From contig JBLHMB010000015.1 of assembly GCA_047621665.1 (NCBI GenBank), forward strand, positions 2,322 to 66,321: a stretch of DNA of 64,000 bases, given 5' to 3'. Below, in pieces: positions 49,911 to 59,629 of the stretch (the stretch's first letter is position 1; each line of letters starts with the position of its first letter). The notes beneath the pieces are model-generated. The model ran no database searches. It saw nothing but the letters and a program-made list of their open reading frames with translations, and was not told the origin of the DNA. Source of the stretch: Bradyrhizobium sp. Lineage in GTDB: Bacteria; Pseudomonadota; Gammaproteobacteria; Burkholderiales; Burkholderiaceae_D. Position numbers and translations under genes: made by a program.

Positions 49911-50579
49911 TTAGACTGACTTGCGACGACGTGCCATGAAACCCAGCAGGCCCAGACCGGCGATCATCATGCCGTAGGTTTCCGGCTCGGGAACGGGCGA
50001 AACAGGAGGGGTTTCCTGACCCAAGGAAAGATAGGCACGGTAGTTGCTGATGCCGTGTGGCAGATTACTAAATGAAAATGCGGTCGTTGTGGTGAAAGGA
50101 GAATCCCAATGGAACAGCAGTTCGCCCTGGCCGTAGTGAATGGCTAGGTAGTCAAAGCTAGGTGAAATGTTGAACGATCCTGACTTGTCCTCGTTCTTAG
50201 AATTCTGCTCCTCAAAATCCCCTTCGCTCGTCAGTGAAATGGCATTCGTCAATTCAAACTTTGTCTCAATCAATGTCTTGATTGTGGCAGGGCTTTGTGA
50301 GTTGCCCGGACCCGCAGTGTTAGGCGGATTGTCACCGTCGTACACCCACACCGTTTGTGCCGCCACCGGGCCGTATTGAACGCTGTTTGTGCCAACGTCG
50401 AATCCCGCCATGGACGGATTTGCTGTTTTTATCCACATTGGTGATGTTGTTGTTGGTGGTAGTGGTGGTGGTGGTGCTGGCTTTTTATCCTCAACAAACT
50501 TCGCCTGCGCTGTCGACATCAGCATTGACGAAGTCACCATGATGGAAAAAATAAGCGTAATTTTTTTAAATTTGGTCAT
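49911..50579 (-). CDS. PEP-CTERM sorting-domain protein
   Basis: AAGGA RBS, signal peptide ending STAQA, Pro-rich linker, C-terminal VPEPETYGMMIAGLGLLGFMARRRKSV. Confidence 0.92.
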   Translation of the reverse strand: MTKFKKITLIFSIMVTSSMLMSTAQAKFVEDKKPAPPPPLPPTTTSPMWIKTANPSMAGFDVGTNSVQYGPVAAQTVWVYDGDNPPNTAGPGNSQSPATIKTLIETKFELTNAISLTSEGDFEEQNSKNEDKSGSFNISPSFDYLAIHYGQGELLFHWDSPFTTTTAFSFSNLPHGISNYRAYLSLGQETPPVSPVPEPETYGMMIAGLGLLGFMARRRKSV

Positions 50580-50849
50580 GACGTTTTCCTTGATGACGAC
50601 ATCGCAGTCGGGTGGTGTAGTTGTTTTCAAGTTAATATCTTTAAGCGACGAACTATCTCCTATAGATGTCTTTTTGTAAATACATTATTTAAAATATGAC
50701 ATTTTTTTCATTTAATTGAATATTGGTGAGTATTTGCTCTGTCTGTTATTCGGGGGCGACACCAATGCGCCGCATCGTCGCCTTGCATTGTCTGCGCTAC
50801 CCTCCGTCCGTTATAGTGCGGCCTCACTCTTTTCCCTCGTTCAACGCTG

Positions 50850-52274
50850 ATGTTCTTCCAACCCGACCGCCTGCATTTTTTTCGTCCGCTGGCCAGCAAG
50901 CATCGCGGCATTCTGGTCGATTGCGTGCATGCGCTGTACGAACGGCTGCATGGTCCCAGCGCCGACTACGCCCAGAATCTGACGCGCGAATCGCTGAGAG
51001 ACCTGTTGTTGCCAGTCGTGCAGCAAGCCCGGCTGGCGCTGGTGCCCGATGACGACGCGCCGCCCGACCTCGACTTCAGTCAGAGCACCGACAGCGATGA
51101 CGCACAAAGTACCGCCGCCGTCATTCGTGCGCTGGAGCGCGACGGCTGGCTGGAAAAATTTGGCGACCGGGCCGGTCTGGTGTCGGCCTATCGCTTCACC
51201 CGCGCCGGCAAACTGTTCGCCGAGGCATTCTGGACGCTGGACAGGCGCAGCGCCCGCACGCGTCAGCGCAATGTGCGCAGTTGCCGTAATGCGCTCGATG
51301 CCACGCTGCGTAACCTGGATGCGTATGATCTGGTTGATGCGTATGACTATGCCGAAAAAGTCATCAGCGACCTGTCCGAGAATGTCGATTATTTTCAGGA
51401 ACTGGTGCGCCGGCTGATGCAGGAAGCGGCCGAGACACCGTGGGATGGCTTCATGGAATTCCTGCAGCGCTTCGAGACCGAATTCAAGAAACAGCTCACC
51501 GCCGACAGCGTCGAACGCCATCGGCAAGTGATCCGCGACCAGCTCCAGCGCTTGCAGCAACTGCCGCCCGAACAGCATCGCAAGCTCGAAGCGCAATTGA
51601 ATGACATCGCACGCTGGGCCAGTCAGGAACGGGTCGGTACCTCGACGCTGGACTGGCTGCTCGAACGCATCGAAGAGATCGTCGAAGCGGCCTGCACCAC
51701 TAAACATCCCGAACTGATCAAGGCGATGAGCATCTACATGCAGCGTGCCGCCGCCATCGTGCAGCAGGCCGTGATGCTGCGTGGCGGTCAGCGCAAGCAG
51801 GCCTACAGCATCGCCATCACCCGGACTGCAGCGCTGGCACCGGCGGCGCAGCAGGCCTTTCTCGAACAGCTCGGACTGGTGATCGCGCCGGCTGCGCTGC
51901 GCCTGCTCGATCCGGCTGCGTTCAAGTTGCGCAGTGCCTCGCAGCGCCGGCGTGCGTTGACCGTGACTGCGCAACCGCGCATCAGTCACGCAGCGCGAAT
52001 CGAGGCGGCGATGATCCGTGCCGAAGCCGATGCGTTTGCCTTGTCGAACGAAGACGTGGTCAGTCGCATCCGTGCCGAACTGCAATTGCGCGACCGGCCG
52101 ATCCGGCTCTCGACGCTGCCGGCCGGCACGGCCATCGAGATTCTCAACAACATGCAACTGGTCGAGGCGGTGCGCGCTGCGCGCGACCCGGCTCTGCGCG
52201 TGACTAAATTGCCGGCCAAATTATTGAACGCCTTTTATGCCGGCGATGACTACCAGATCGAGATCACCCAATGA
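50850..52274 (+). CDS. JetA/MksF-like kleisin subunit (inferred)
   Basis: 474-aa helical protein, first of three ATGA-coupled genes ending in an SMC ATPase. Assignment rests mainly on size and position. Confidence 0.65.
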   Translation: MFFQPDRLHFFRPLASKHRGILVDCVHALYERLHGPSADYAQNLTRESLRDLLLPVVQQARLALVPDDDAPPDLDFSQSTDSDDAQSTAAVIRALERDGWLEKFGDRAGLVSAYRFTRAGKLFAEAFWTLDRRSARTRQRNVRSCRNALDATLRNLDAYDLVDAYDYAEKVISDLSENVDYFQELVRRLMQEAAETPWDGFMEFLQRFETEFKKQLTADSVERHRQVIRDQLQRLQQLPPEQHRKLEAQLNDIARWASQERVGTSTLDWLLERIEEIVEAACTTKHPELIKAMSIYMQRAAAIVQQAVMLRGGQRKQAYSIAITRTAALAPAAQQAFLEQLGLVIAPAALRLLDPAAFKLRSASQRRRALTVTAQPRISHAARIEAAMIRAEADAFALSNEDVVSRIRAELQLRDRPIRLSTLPAGTAIEILNNMQLVEAVRAARDPALRVTKLPAKLLNAFYAGDDYQIEITQ

Positions 52275-52966
52275 CGCAGACCGTCACCCTGAACACCACC
52301 CTCAACAACACCCTTGCGCTGCATAACCTCGACGCCGAACGCTTCCGCGATATCGTCGGCCGGCTCTATGCCGCCGGCATTATCGTGCGCGATGAAGACG
52401 GCGTCGAGCAACGCTTGTACGACGACATGCGGCGCATCGAAGCATTGCTGCACGATTATTTCGGACTGGCCGGATTCCGGCTGGTGCATGACATCAAGGG
52501 CGAATTTTTCCGGTTGTACGCGCCGGGTGCCGACGTGCCGGGCCTGCCTGCCGACGACCTCGAACCGGTGCTTGGCCTGCGCGCCCGGCTCGGTGCCGAC
52601 TTTGTCGCGGCGGCGCTGGCACTGCGATTCCAGTATCAGCAAGGATTGGCCGAAGCCGGCCGCCGGCTCACCGATGACGGCGAAGTACTGGTCACGTTTG
52701 AGGAAGTCTCGGCCACGCTGCAGACCCAGTTGAAGCGCACGTTGCCGGGCAATACGGTTGAGCGCCTGCGCTTGCTGGCAGACTTGCGGCGGCACCGGTT
52801 GATCCGCATGGCACCGAGTTTTTCGATGGATGATGAAGACGCTTTGCTGGCGATCCGCCCGACCATTCTCGGCATCATCAGCGATGACATGCTGGCGGCA
52901 GCGCTGGAAGCCGACGGTGTCGATGACGCCGCAGCATCGACCGACTCACAACAGGACGCACCATGA
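52271..52966 (+). CDS. JetB/MksE-like KITE subunit (DUF4194-like)
   Basis: 231 aa with 'ALALRFQYQQGL', 'LLADLRRHRLI' and 'LLAIRPTI', consistent with tandem winged helices. Lies directly before the SMC gene. Confidence 0.72.
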   Translation: MTQTVTLNTTLNNTLALHNLDAERFRDIVGRLYAAGIIVRDEDGVEQRLYDDMRRIEALLHDYFGLAGFRLVHDIKGEFFRLYAPGADVPGLPADDLEPVLGLRARLGADFVAAALALRFQYQQGLAEAGRRLTDDGEVLVTFEEVSATLQTQLKRTLPGNTVERLRLLADLRRHRLIRMAPSFSMDDEDALLAIRPTILGIISDDMLAAALEADGVDDAAASTDSQQDAP

Positions 52967-55900
52967 AGCTCGACAAATTGATCCTCGTGAACTGGGGCGC
53001 ACTGCGCACGCAGGAATACCCGATGGGCAACATGACCTTGCTGACCGGTCCGACCGGTTCCGGCAAATCGACCATGCTCGATGCGCTGCAAACCGTGATG
53101 ACGGCGGTCTACACCAACATCTTCAATTACAACCCCGGTCAGGACGAAACCACGCAGGGCGCGCGCAATGGCAAGACCAAACGCACGCTGTGGTCCTACA
53201 TTGTCGGTGCCGAGGACAACCTGTTCGCGCGACCGAACGGCGCGCATGGCTACATTGCGGCGGTATTCAAACCCAGCGAAGGCGAGGACGGCCGCGAGTT
53301 CACGGCGCTGATCGCGGCATCGGCCCGGCTCGATGGTGCCGGCGAGCGGCGGCAGGCCGTGGCCGAACGGCTGGTGCTGCTGATCATCGACGAGGCCGCC
53401 TTGCAACTGGGTGACCTGACCACGCTGGCTGCCGATGGCGCGATGAGCGTGATCGCGGTCGAGAAAATTGAACAGCACCTTGCCACCCGCTATCGCAATG
53501 TAATGAATTTTCGCGATAGCAAACGGGAATATCTGTGCCAGTTGTACGGCCGCTTTCGCGGCCAGAAAACCGTTCCGTTTGCCGAAGCCGAAAGCGCCGC
53601 CAAGGCCTGGAGCCAATCGATTGCGCATAAGCCGATTGGCAGCGTTGACGAACTGGTGCGGCATCAGATTCTCGAACTCGACGCGACCCAGTTGTCGCAG
53701 CGGATCGGCCAGATCAGCAAGCTGATGCGCCAGGTCAGCGAACTGCGTCACGAAGGCGAACGCCTGGCCGGCAACGTGCAGCGATTGGCCTTGCTGGGCA
53801 AGACTGCCAGCGCGACCAGTGCGGCGCATGAAGCGGCGGTGCAAGGACAATTGCTGGTCTCGACACTGGCCTTGCGCGATGACCGGCAACAGATGACCAG
53901 CGCTGATCTGGCCGTGCAAGCGACGCTGGGTGCGATCGATATCGAGAACGCCAGCATCGACCAGCTCGAACAGGACCGGCTTGGCAAGCAGCGCAGTCTG
54001 ACCCAATTGCAGGCGCAAATGATGGGCATCCCGGCCGCCGAACAGAAGCGCCGGTTGCAGCAGGATGTGCAGGCCAATGGCGCGCGCATCCACACCGCGC
54101 TGGGCGCATTGAAGCAGAACCTGCTGGCCGCGCAGCAGCTCGAACGCACCGCGCTGCTGGTCGCTGGCATGCAGATTCCACTTGGTTATTTTGAACTGGT
54201 GAAGGCGGCGCGCCAGGTTGCCGTCGCGCTGTCGGTGGCCACTGGTCCGGACTGGACGCTGCAGCTACAGGCCATTGCCCAGCTGTCGGCCAGTGCTGAG
54301 ATCGATGTCCTCAAGGCGCTGCTGCTGATGCAGGAACTGGCCGGCAGCGCGTTGCCGCTGCTCGGATTGCATACTGCGCTGGCCGGCACCGGCCAGAGCT
54401 TTGCGGCCGCGCTGCATGCGCAGATCGCGCAGTTGCGCGCCATCGAAACCGATGCGCTCAGGCGCGAAAAAGAATCGGCCTCGCGCAAGGCCAATCTGGC
54501 CGAAGGCGGTGCCGATTATCCGGCCGCGACGCGTCATGCGCTGAAAACCTTCCGTGAAGAACTCGGTGCAGCCCGAGCGCAAGTGCTGTGCGATCTGATC
54601 GAACCGCTGTCGCTGCAATGGCAACCGGCCATCGAAGGCTATCTGGGCGGTGCGCGATTTAATCTGGTGGTCGATCAGGAATGGGAAGCGCGCGCGATTG
54701 AATTCGTGCGTCACCGCAAGCTGCGCGCCAGCGTGATCCAGGGCAGCCTGTGCCTCAAACACATGCGACCGGATCGCACGCCAGCCGATTCGATCATCCA
54801 TGAATTGCGCGCCGGGCATCCGATTGCCGACGCCTATCTGCATGAGCAGTTCGGCCAAGTCGTCAAGGTCGCTGATGCGCAGGCCTTGCGTCAGGTGGCG
54901 CGCGGCCTGACGCAGGACGGCAAGGGCAGTGGCGGGCGCACGATGTTTGCCGCCGATGCCGAACAGCTGGTGTTCGGTCAGGAAGCCAAACGGCTGGCGC
55001 GCGAACGGGCGGGACAGGACCATGCCGAGGCCGAAGCCGCGCTCGATCAGGTGCGCGCCGAGCTGCGCGATTTTCAGGGCGCGCTGGCATTGATGGTGCC
55101 GCTGCAGCCGGTTTCGCTGGCGGCGCTGGCCGGGCTAGACAGCGCGGTGCGCAGCACCGATGCGTTACGTCAGGATCTGGCGCGCATCGACCTGAGCGAA
55201 GTGAGCAAACTGGAAGACGAGGTCGAGGTCCTGCAACAGGAATTGCGCCGTCTTGATGAGCGCAAGAGCCGTTGCGACAAACAGATCGGTGGTCTCGAGC
55301 GTACGTTGCAGGTACATCAGCTGACCATCAACAAGCTCGCGCTCGGCATGGAGCCCAAGCAGGAACGGGCCGATCAGGATCGCGCTGCGCTGCGTGACTT
55401 GTGTGTCGCCAATGAGCGCCTGTCGCTGACAGCGCTGGCCGATGCGGTCGCGCTGGAAGCCGGGTCCGGAACGCTCATACCAAACGAGGCGGCGGCGCGC
55501 GTGAAGCAACACGAGCTGCGGACCTGGCGCTTGCATGCCGACATGCGCGATGCGCTGGGTGACTACCATGCCCATGCGCGACCGGATGAACGCTTCGATG
55601 TGAGTGAACAGCCCGAGGAGCGCGAAGGTGATTTCGGCCGGCTGTACGCCCGCATCGTCGCGCTGTCAGCGCAGGTGCGCGACCAGCTGTTGCGCCAGCA
55701 GGAGATCGGATTGGTCCGTAATCTCGATCAGTTGCGTACCGCCGAGGCATCGTTCAACGATGTCTTCACCAAGCAGTTCTGCTACGAAATCCGCAATGCT
55801 GTCGATACCGGCGTGCGCACCCTCAAGACCCTCAACACCGAGCTCGACAAACTCAAGTTCGGCACCGACACATTTCGCATCGACTGGTCGGAATGGGTGC

Positions 55901-56571
55901 CGGAATTCAAGGAGTACTACGATTTTTTCAGTGCCACCGCCGAGCTGTCCGAGCTGCAGGAGTCGCTCGGCCTGTTCGATGAGACGCCACTCAGTGCTGC
56001 CAATTGCGCGGTACGTGACCGCTTGCTGGCCTTGTTGTTGTCGGATGAAGGCGAACGCGCGCTGAAAGAATTGCAACGCGTAGCCGACTACCGCAATTAC
56101 CGTCGCTATGAAATTTTCAAGGAGTCCGGGTCCGGCTCGCAGGTCCGCTTGTCCGAATGGGGCACCGGTTCCGGTGGCCAGCTTGAAACGCCGGCCTACA
56201 TCATTCACGCGGCGGTGGTGACCAACCGGCTGCGGCATTTCGACAAGGGCAGCAATTTGAAATTGCTGGTCAATGACGAATCGTTCTCGAAAATGGACGA
56301 GGGCAGGGCGCGCGATGTCCTGAAATTCTTGCGCGACAATCTCGGCATGCAATTGATTTGCGCGCTGCCGACCAAGCATGCCGGCGCGATCAAGCCGGAG
56401 TTTTCACGCGAGTGGAGTTTTAGCCGTACCGAAGCCGAGGATAACGGCGAGGTGGGATTTGTCTCCGAAGCGGATGAGCGCGAATTGCGCGCTGATGCGT
56501 TGCGCGGCTTGTGGGAGGAGCGCCGGGCGCAGGTGCGGGAGCAGGCGATGCTGGTGTTCGGACAAGGGTGA
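52963..56571 (+). CDS. JetC/MksB-like SMC ATPase
   Basis: N-terminal 'LILVNWG...TGPTGSGKST' Walker A, long coiled coils around a central hinge, signature 'GSGGQ', Walker B 'LLVNDESFSKMDE'. Confidence 0.9.
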   Translation: MKLDKLILVNWGALRTQEYPMGNMTLLTGPTGSGKSTMLDALQTVMTAVYTNIFNYNPGQDETTQGARNGKTKRTLWSYIVGAEDNLFARPNGAHGYIAAVFKPSEGEDGREFTALIAASARLDGAGERRQAVAERLVLLIIDEAALQLGDLTTLAADGAMSVIAVEKIEQHLATRYRNVMNFRDSKREYLCQLYGRFRGQKTVPFAEAESAAKAWSQSIAHKPIGSVDELVRHQILELDATQLSQRIGQISKLMRQVSELRHEGERLAGNVQRLALLGKTASATSAAHEAAVQGQLLVSTLALRDDRQQMTSADLAVQATLGAIDIENASIDQLEQDRLGKQRSLTQLQAQMMGIPAAEQKRRLQQDVQANGARIHTALGALKQNLLAAQQLERTALLVAGMQIPLGYFELVKAARQVAVALSVATGPDWTLQLQAIAQLSASAEIDVLKALLLMQELAGSALPLLGLHTALAGTGQSFAAALHAQIAQLRAIETDALRREKESASRKANLAEGGADYPAATRHALKTFREELGAARAQVLCDLIEPLSLQWQPAIEGYLGGARFNLVVDQEWEARAIEFVRHRKLRASVIQGSLCLKHMRPDRTPADSIIHELRAGHPIADAYLHEQFGQVVKVADAQALRQVARGLTQDGKGSGGRTMFAADAEQLVFGQEAKRLARERAGQDHAEAEAALDQVRAELRDFQGALALMVPLQPVSLAALAGLDSAVRSTDALRQDLARIDLSEVSKLEDEVEVLQQELRRLDERKSRCDKQIGGLERTLQVHQLTINKLALGMEPKQERADQDRAALRDLCVANERLSLTALADAVALEAGSGTLIPNEAAARVKQHELRTWRLHADMRDALGDYHAHARPDERFDVSEQPEEREGDFGRLYARIVALSAQVRDQLLRQQEIGLVRNLDQLRTAEASFNDVFTKQFCYEIRNAVDTGVRTLKTLNTELDKLKFGTDTFRIDWSEWVPEFKEYYDFFSATAELSELQESLGLFDETPLSAANCAVRDRLLALLLSDEGERALKELQRVADYRNYRRYEIFKESGSGSQVRLSEWGTGSGGQLETPAYIIHAAVVTNRLRHFDKGSNLKLLVNDESFSKMDEGRARDVLKFLRDNLGMQLICALPTKHAGAIKPEFSREWSFSRTEAEDNGEVGFVSEADERELRADALRGLWEERRAQVREQAMLVFGQG

Positions 56572-56768
56572 GCGGTCGTGCGGGTGGGTTTCGGTGATTG
56601 CCCGCTGCGCATTTGAGGCCGGTGGGCGGGCAAGAGGGTTTGTGTGTCCGCGCAAATGCCCCATTCAACGCGACAACAAATCCCGGCCCGCTGAGCGCAA
56701 TTAAAAGAACCCCCGTAGAATCCGGAAATTATCCAAGTTGCCATGATCACCCGAGGCCGCCTTCGCCC

Positions 56769-57311
56769 ATGAATTTTACCCCTCGCTACACGCGCACCGC
56801 CATGTTGCTGCACTGGCTGATTGCCGTGCTGATCATTGCCGGTTTCATTCTCGGTCTGGTGATGACCGATATCCCCGGTTTCACGATGGCCAAGCTCAAG
56901 TACTACTCATGGCACAAGTGGATTGGCGTGACGGTTTTCATGCTGGCTATTGGGCGCTTGGCATGGCGCAGCACGCATACGCCGCCGCCGTCCCAGGCGC
57001 TGATGCCGGCGTGGCAGGAAAAAGCTGCGCTGGTGGCGCACTGGTTGTTGTACTTCCTGATTTTTGCGGTGCCGCTGTCGGGCTATTTTTACAGTCTTGC
57101 GGCAGGTGTACCGGTTGTGTACTTCGGGGTGATTCCGCTGCCGGTGCTGATCGCTAAAAACGAAGCGCTCAGGGACGCGCTGCAACTGCTGCATGTAACC
57201 CTCAACTATACGATGGCCGGACTGGTCGGGATTCATAGTCTGGCCGCGCTGAAGCATCAATTTTTTGATCGTGACGGTACGCTGGCGCGAATGCTGCCGT
57301 TTCTGAAATAA
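56769..57311 (+). CDS. Cytochrome b561
   Basis: 'LLHWLIA', 'HKWIG', 'LHVTL', 'HSLAALKHQF'; four TM helices. Confidence 0.92.
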   Translation: MNFTPRYTRTAMLLHWLIAVLIIAGFILGLVMTDIPGFTMAKLKYYSWHKWIGVTVFMLAIGRLAWRSTHTPPPSQALMPAWQEKAALVAHWLLYFLIFAVPLSGYFYSLAAGVPVVYFGVIPLPVLIAKNEALRDALQLLHVTLNYTMAGLVGIHSLAALKHQFFDRDGTLARMLPFLK

Positions 57312-57350
57312 CGTCGATCCCTCCCTCCTTTCCCTCTAACAGGAATCTCC

Positions 57351-57905
57351 ATGCGTGCAATTGAATTGTCCACAATCGGTCTGGCGCTTGCGCTATTTTC
57401 AGCTTCGGCCATGGCACAGGTCGATCTCGCCAAAAGCACGGTATCAGCCACTGCCAAACAGATCGGCGTACCGATCGAAGGCAAGTTCAACAAAGTCAGT
57501 GCGACCATTAAATTCAATGCGGCCCAACTGGCGCAATCGAGCGCGAAAGTCGAGATCGATGTCGGCAGTTATGACATGGGATCGGCCGAGTACAACAAGG
57601 AAGTGACCGGCAAGGACTGGTTCAATGCCAGCCAGTTCCCGAAAGCGACCTTCGTATCCGGCGCCATCACGGCGGCCGGAACGGGCAAGTACAATGTGGC
57701 CGGCAAACTTACGCTCAAAGGCAAGACCATTGATGTCACCATCCCGTTCAATGTCAAGCCGGACGGTGCAACGCAAGTGTTCGACGGCGTGTTGCCGATC
57801 AAGCGCACGGTATTTAATATCGGTGACGGCGAATGGAAAGACACTTCGGTGGTCGCTGATGAAGTCGTGATCAAGTTCCATCTTGTCGTTGCCAATTCCA
57901 AGTAA
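57351..57905 (+). CDS. YceI-family lipid/polyisoprenoid-binding protein
   Basis: Signal peptide; '[12 protein letters not shown]', 'GKLTLKGKT'. Confidence 0.9.
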   Translation: MRAIELSTIGLALALFSASAMAQVDLAKSTVSATAKQIGVPIEGKFNKVSATIKFNAAQLAQSSAKVEIDVGSYDMGSAEYNKEVTGKDWFNASQFPKATFVSGAITAAGTGKYNVAGKLTLKGKTIDVTIPFNVKPDGATQVFDGVLPIKRTVFNIGDGEWKDTSVVADEVVIKFHLVVANSK

Positions 57906-57931
57906 TTTTTGAGTCTCTGAAAGGACCTTCA

Positions 57932-58507
57932 ATGAAATCAGTTATTTTCGCTGCCATCGCTACGCTGGTTGCCGCTTCCGCAGTGGCCGCACCGGCTACC
58001 TACAACCTCGATCCATCGCACACCTATCCGAGTTTTGAAGCAGACCATTTCGGTGGCCTGTCTAAATGGCGTGGCAAGATTTTGAAATCGAGCGGCAAGG
58101 TGGTGCTTGACCGCGAAGCCAAGACCGGTTCGGTCGACGTCATAATGGACATGGACACGATCGATTTCGGCATGAAAAAAATGAACCAGCACGCTACCTC
58201 GGCCGAAATGTTCAATGCTGAAAAATTCCCGACCGCGATTTATGCCGGTAAGTTCACCAGGTTTGACGGCGAGAAGCCGACTGAAGTCGACGGTACGCTG
58301 ACGCTGCATGGCGTGACCAAGCCGGTCAAGCTGGTGATCTCGGAATTCAAATGCATCATGCATCCGATGCTCAAGCGCGAAGTCTGCGGTGCCGATGCGT
58401 CGGGCACGTTCAATCGTGATGACTTCGGCGTCGACTACGGCAAGGCAATGGGCTTCAAGCAGGAAGTCAAGCTGTCGATTCAGGTCGAAGGCGTGAAGTC
58501 GGAATAA
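57932..58507 (+). CDS. YceI-family lipid/polyisoprenoid-binding protein
   Basis: Signal peptide; '[18 protein letters not shown]', '[12 protein letters not shown]', 'FNRDDFGV'. Confidence 0.92.
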   Translation: MKSVIFAAIATLVAASAVAAPATYNLDPSHTYPSFEADHFGGLSKWRGKILKSSGKVVLDREAKTGSVDVIMDMDTIDFGMKKMNQHATSAEMFNAEKFPTAIYAGKFTRFDGEKPTEVDGTLTLHGVTKPVKLVISEFKCIMHPMLKREVCGADASGTFNRDDFGVDYGKAMGFKQEVKLSIQVEGVKSE

Positions 58508-58605
58508 TTGGTACTGAGCACTAAGCAGTCAGTAACCGGTCATTGAGTTGACCGCCGCAATAGCGACGCAGTCCGGCCGTTCCGGCCTGCGTCAGCAGGG
58601 AATCC

Positions 58606-59112
58606 ATGAAAGAACTCAAATATCTCGCCGGTTATTCCGACGAACTACGCACGCAGGTTCACAGCCTGATCGAACGCGACAAGCTCGCTGAAGTGCTGCT
58701 GAAGAAGTACGACAAGCCGCACGATATTCGCACCGACAAGGCGCTCTACCAGTACGTGCTGGACCTCAAAAATACCAGTCTGCGCAATGCCGATGCGATC
58801 GACAAAGTTGCTTTCGATAGCAAAATTCAGGTGCTCAAGCATGCGCTCGGGACACACACCGCGATTTCACGCGTACAAGGCGGCAAGCTCAAGGCCAAGC
58901 GCGAGATTCGGGTTGCCACGTTGTTCAAGGAAGTGCCGATCGAGTTCCTGCGCATGATCACTGTGCATGAACTGGCCCATGTGAAAGAGCGCGAGCACGA
59001 CAAGGCGTTCTACAAATTGTGCTGCCACATGGAGCCGAATTATCATCAGTACGAATTTGATTTGCGACTTTATATGACCTATATGGAATTGTCAGGAAAG
59101 CAACTCTGGTAA
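58606..59112 (+). CDS. YgjP-like metallopeptidase/hydrolase
   Basis: HExxH (VHELAH) followed by 'HDKAFYKLC'; N-terminal 'LKYLAGY'. Confidence 0.85.
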   Translation: MKELKYLAGYSDELRTQVHSLIERDKLAEVLLKKYDKPHDIRTDKALYQYVLDLKNTSLRNADAIDKVAFDSKIQVLKHALGTHTAISRVQGGKLKAKREIRVATLFKEVPIEFLRMITVHELAHVKEREHDKAFYKLCCHMEPNYHQYEFDLRLYMTYMELSGKQLW

Positions 59113-59245
59113 CTTAACATTTTTTTACACTTGCCAAGGTGAACGCGAGCATTAAATGTACTATGGACGTCGCAGCTGGAATTGAACCATCACATCCGGC
59201 GCATCCCATTCGCATTTTGTTTCTAACGCGTTCCTGGAGAATCTC

Positions 59246-59581
59246 ATGACAACCAGTACCCCCGCATTTGAATTTGCGCTCGCTGTTGACGGTGCCAGCA
59301 TGCCTTATCTGGTCAGCCCGGTTCTGGCTGATGACGGCCAGTTACGCAAACTGTCGATCTGGAATAATCCCCCTGCGGCAGAAGTAGTTGCCGAAATTGA
59401 AGTCAATCCTGAATTGTTCCATCAGTTTGCCTTGCCGAATGTCGAAACGTTTTGCCGAATCGCCATTGCCCAGGCTGCTATCGAAGGCGCCTTCGAACAG
59501 GAACGCAGCGCTGCGTTTGGCGAAGGCGTAATGCTTGATTTTGCGATCGAACCGTGGGAAGGCGAGCTCGAACCAGTCTAA
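59246..59581 (+). CDS. Hypothetical acidic protein (111 aa)
   Basis: GGAGA RBS; fills an intergenic gap; no recognised family. Confidence 0.7.
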   Translation: MTTSTPAFEFALAVDGASMPYLVSPVLADDGQLRKLSIWNNPPAAEVVAEIEVNPELFHQFALPNVETFCRIAIAQAAIEGAFEQERSAAFGEGVMLDFAIEPWEGELEPV

Positions 59582-59629
59582 CCGGTCGGTGGCGCAGCGT
59601 TTGTCACCCTGCACAAGCGGCTGTGTCGA

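Noticed and set aside
50841-56379. Long minus-strand ORFs (438, 485 and 237 aa and others) opposite the SMC operon, considered as a hidden effector
   Set aside because: They are antisense shadows typical of GC-rich coding DNA, with no TOPRIM or other nuclease motif recognised.
56769-58507. Cytochrome b561 plus two YceI genes as a novel module
   Set aside because: Already described in Burkholderia (BcnA/BcnB lipocalins with a cytochrome b561).
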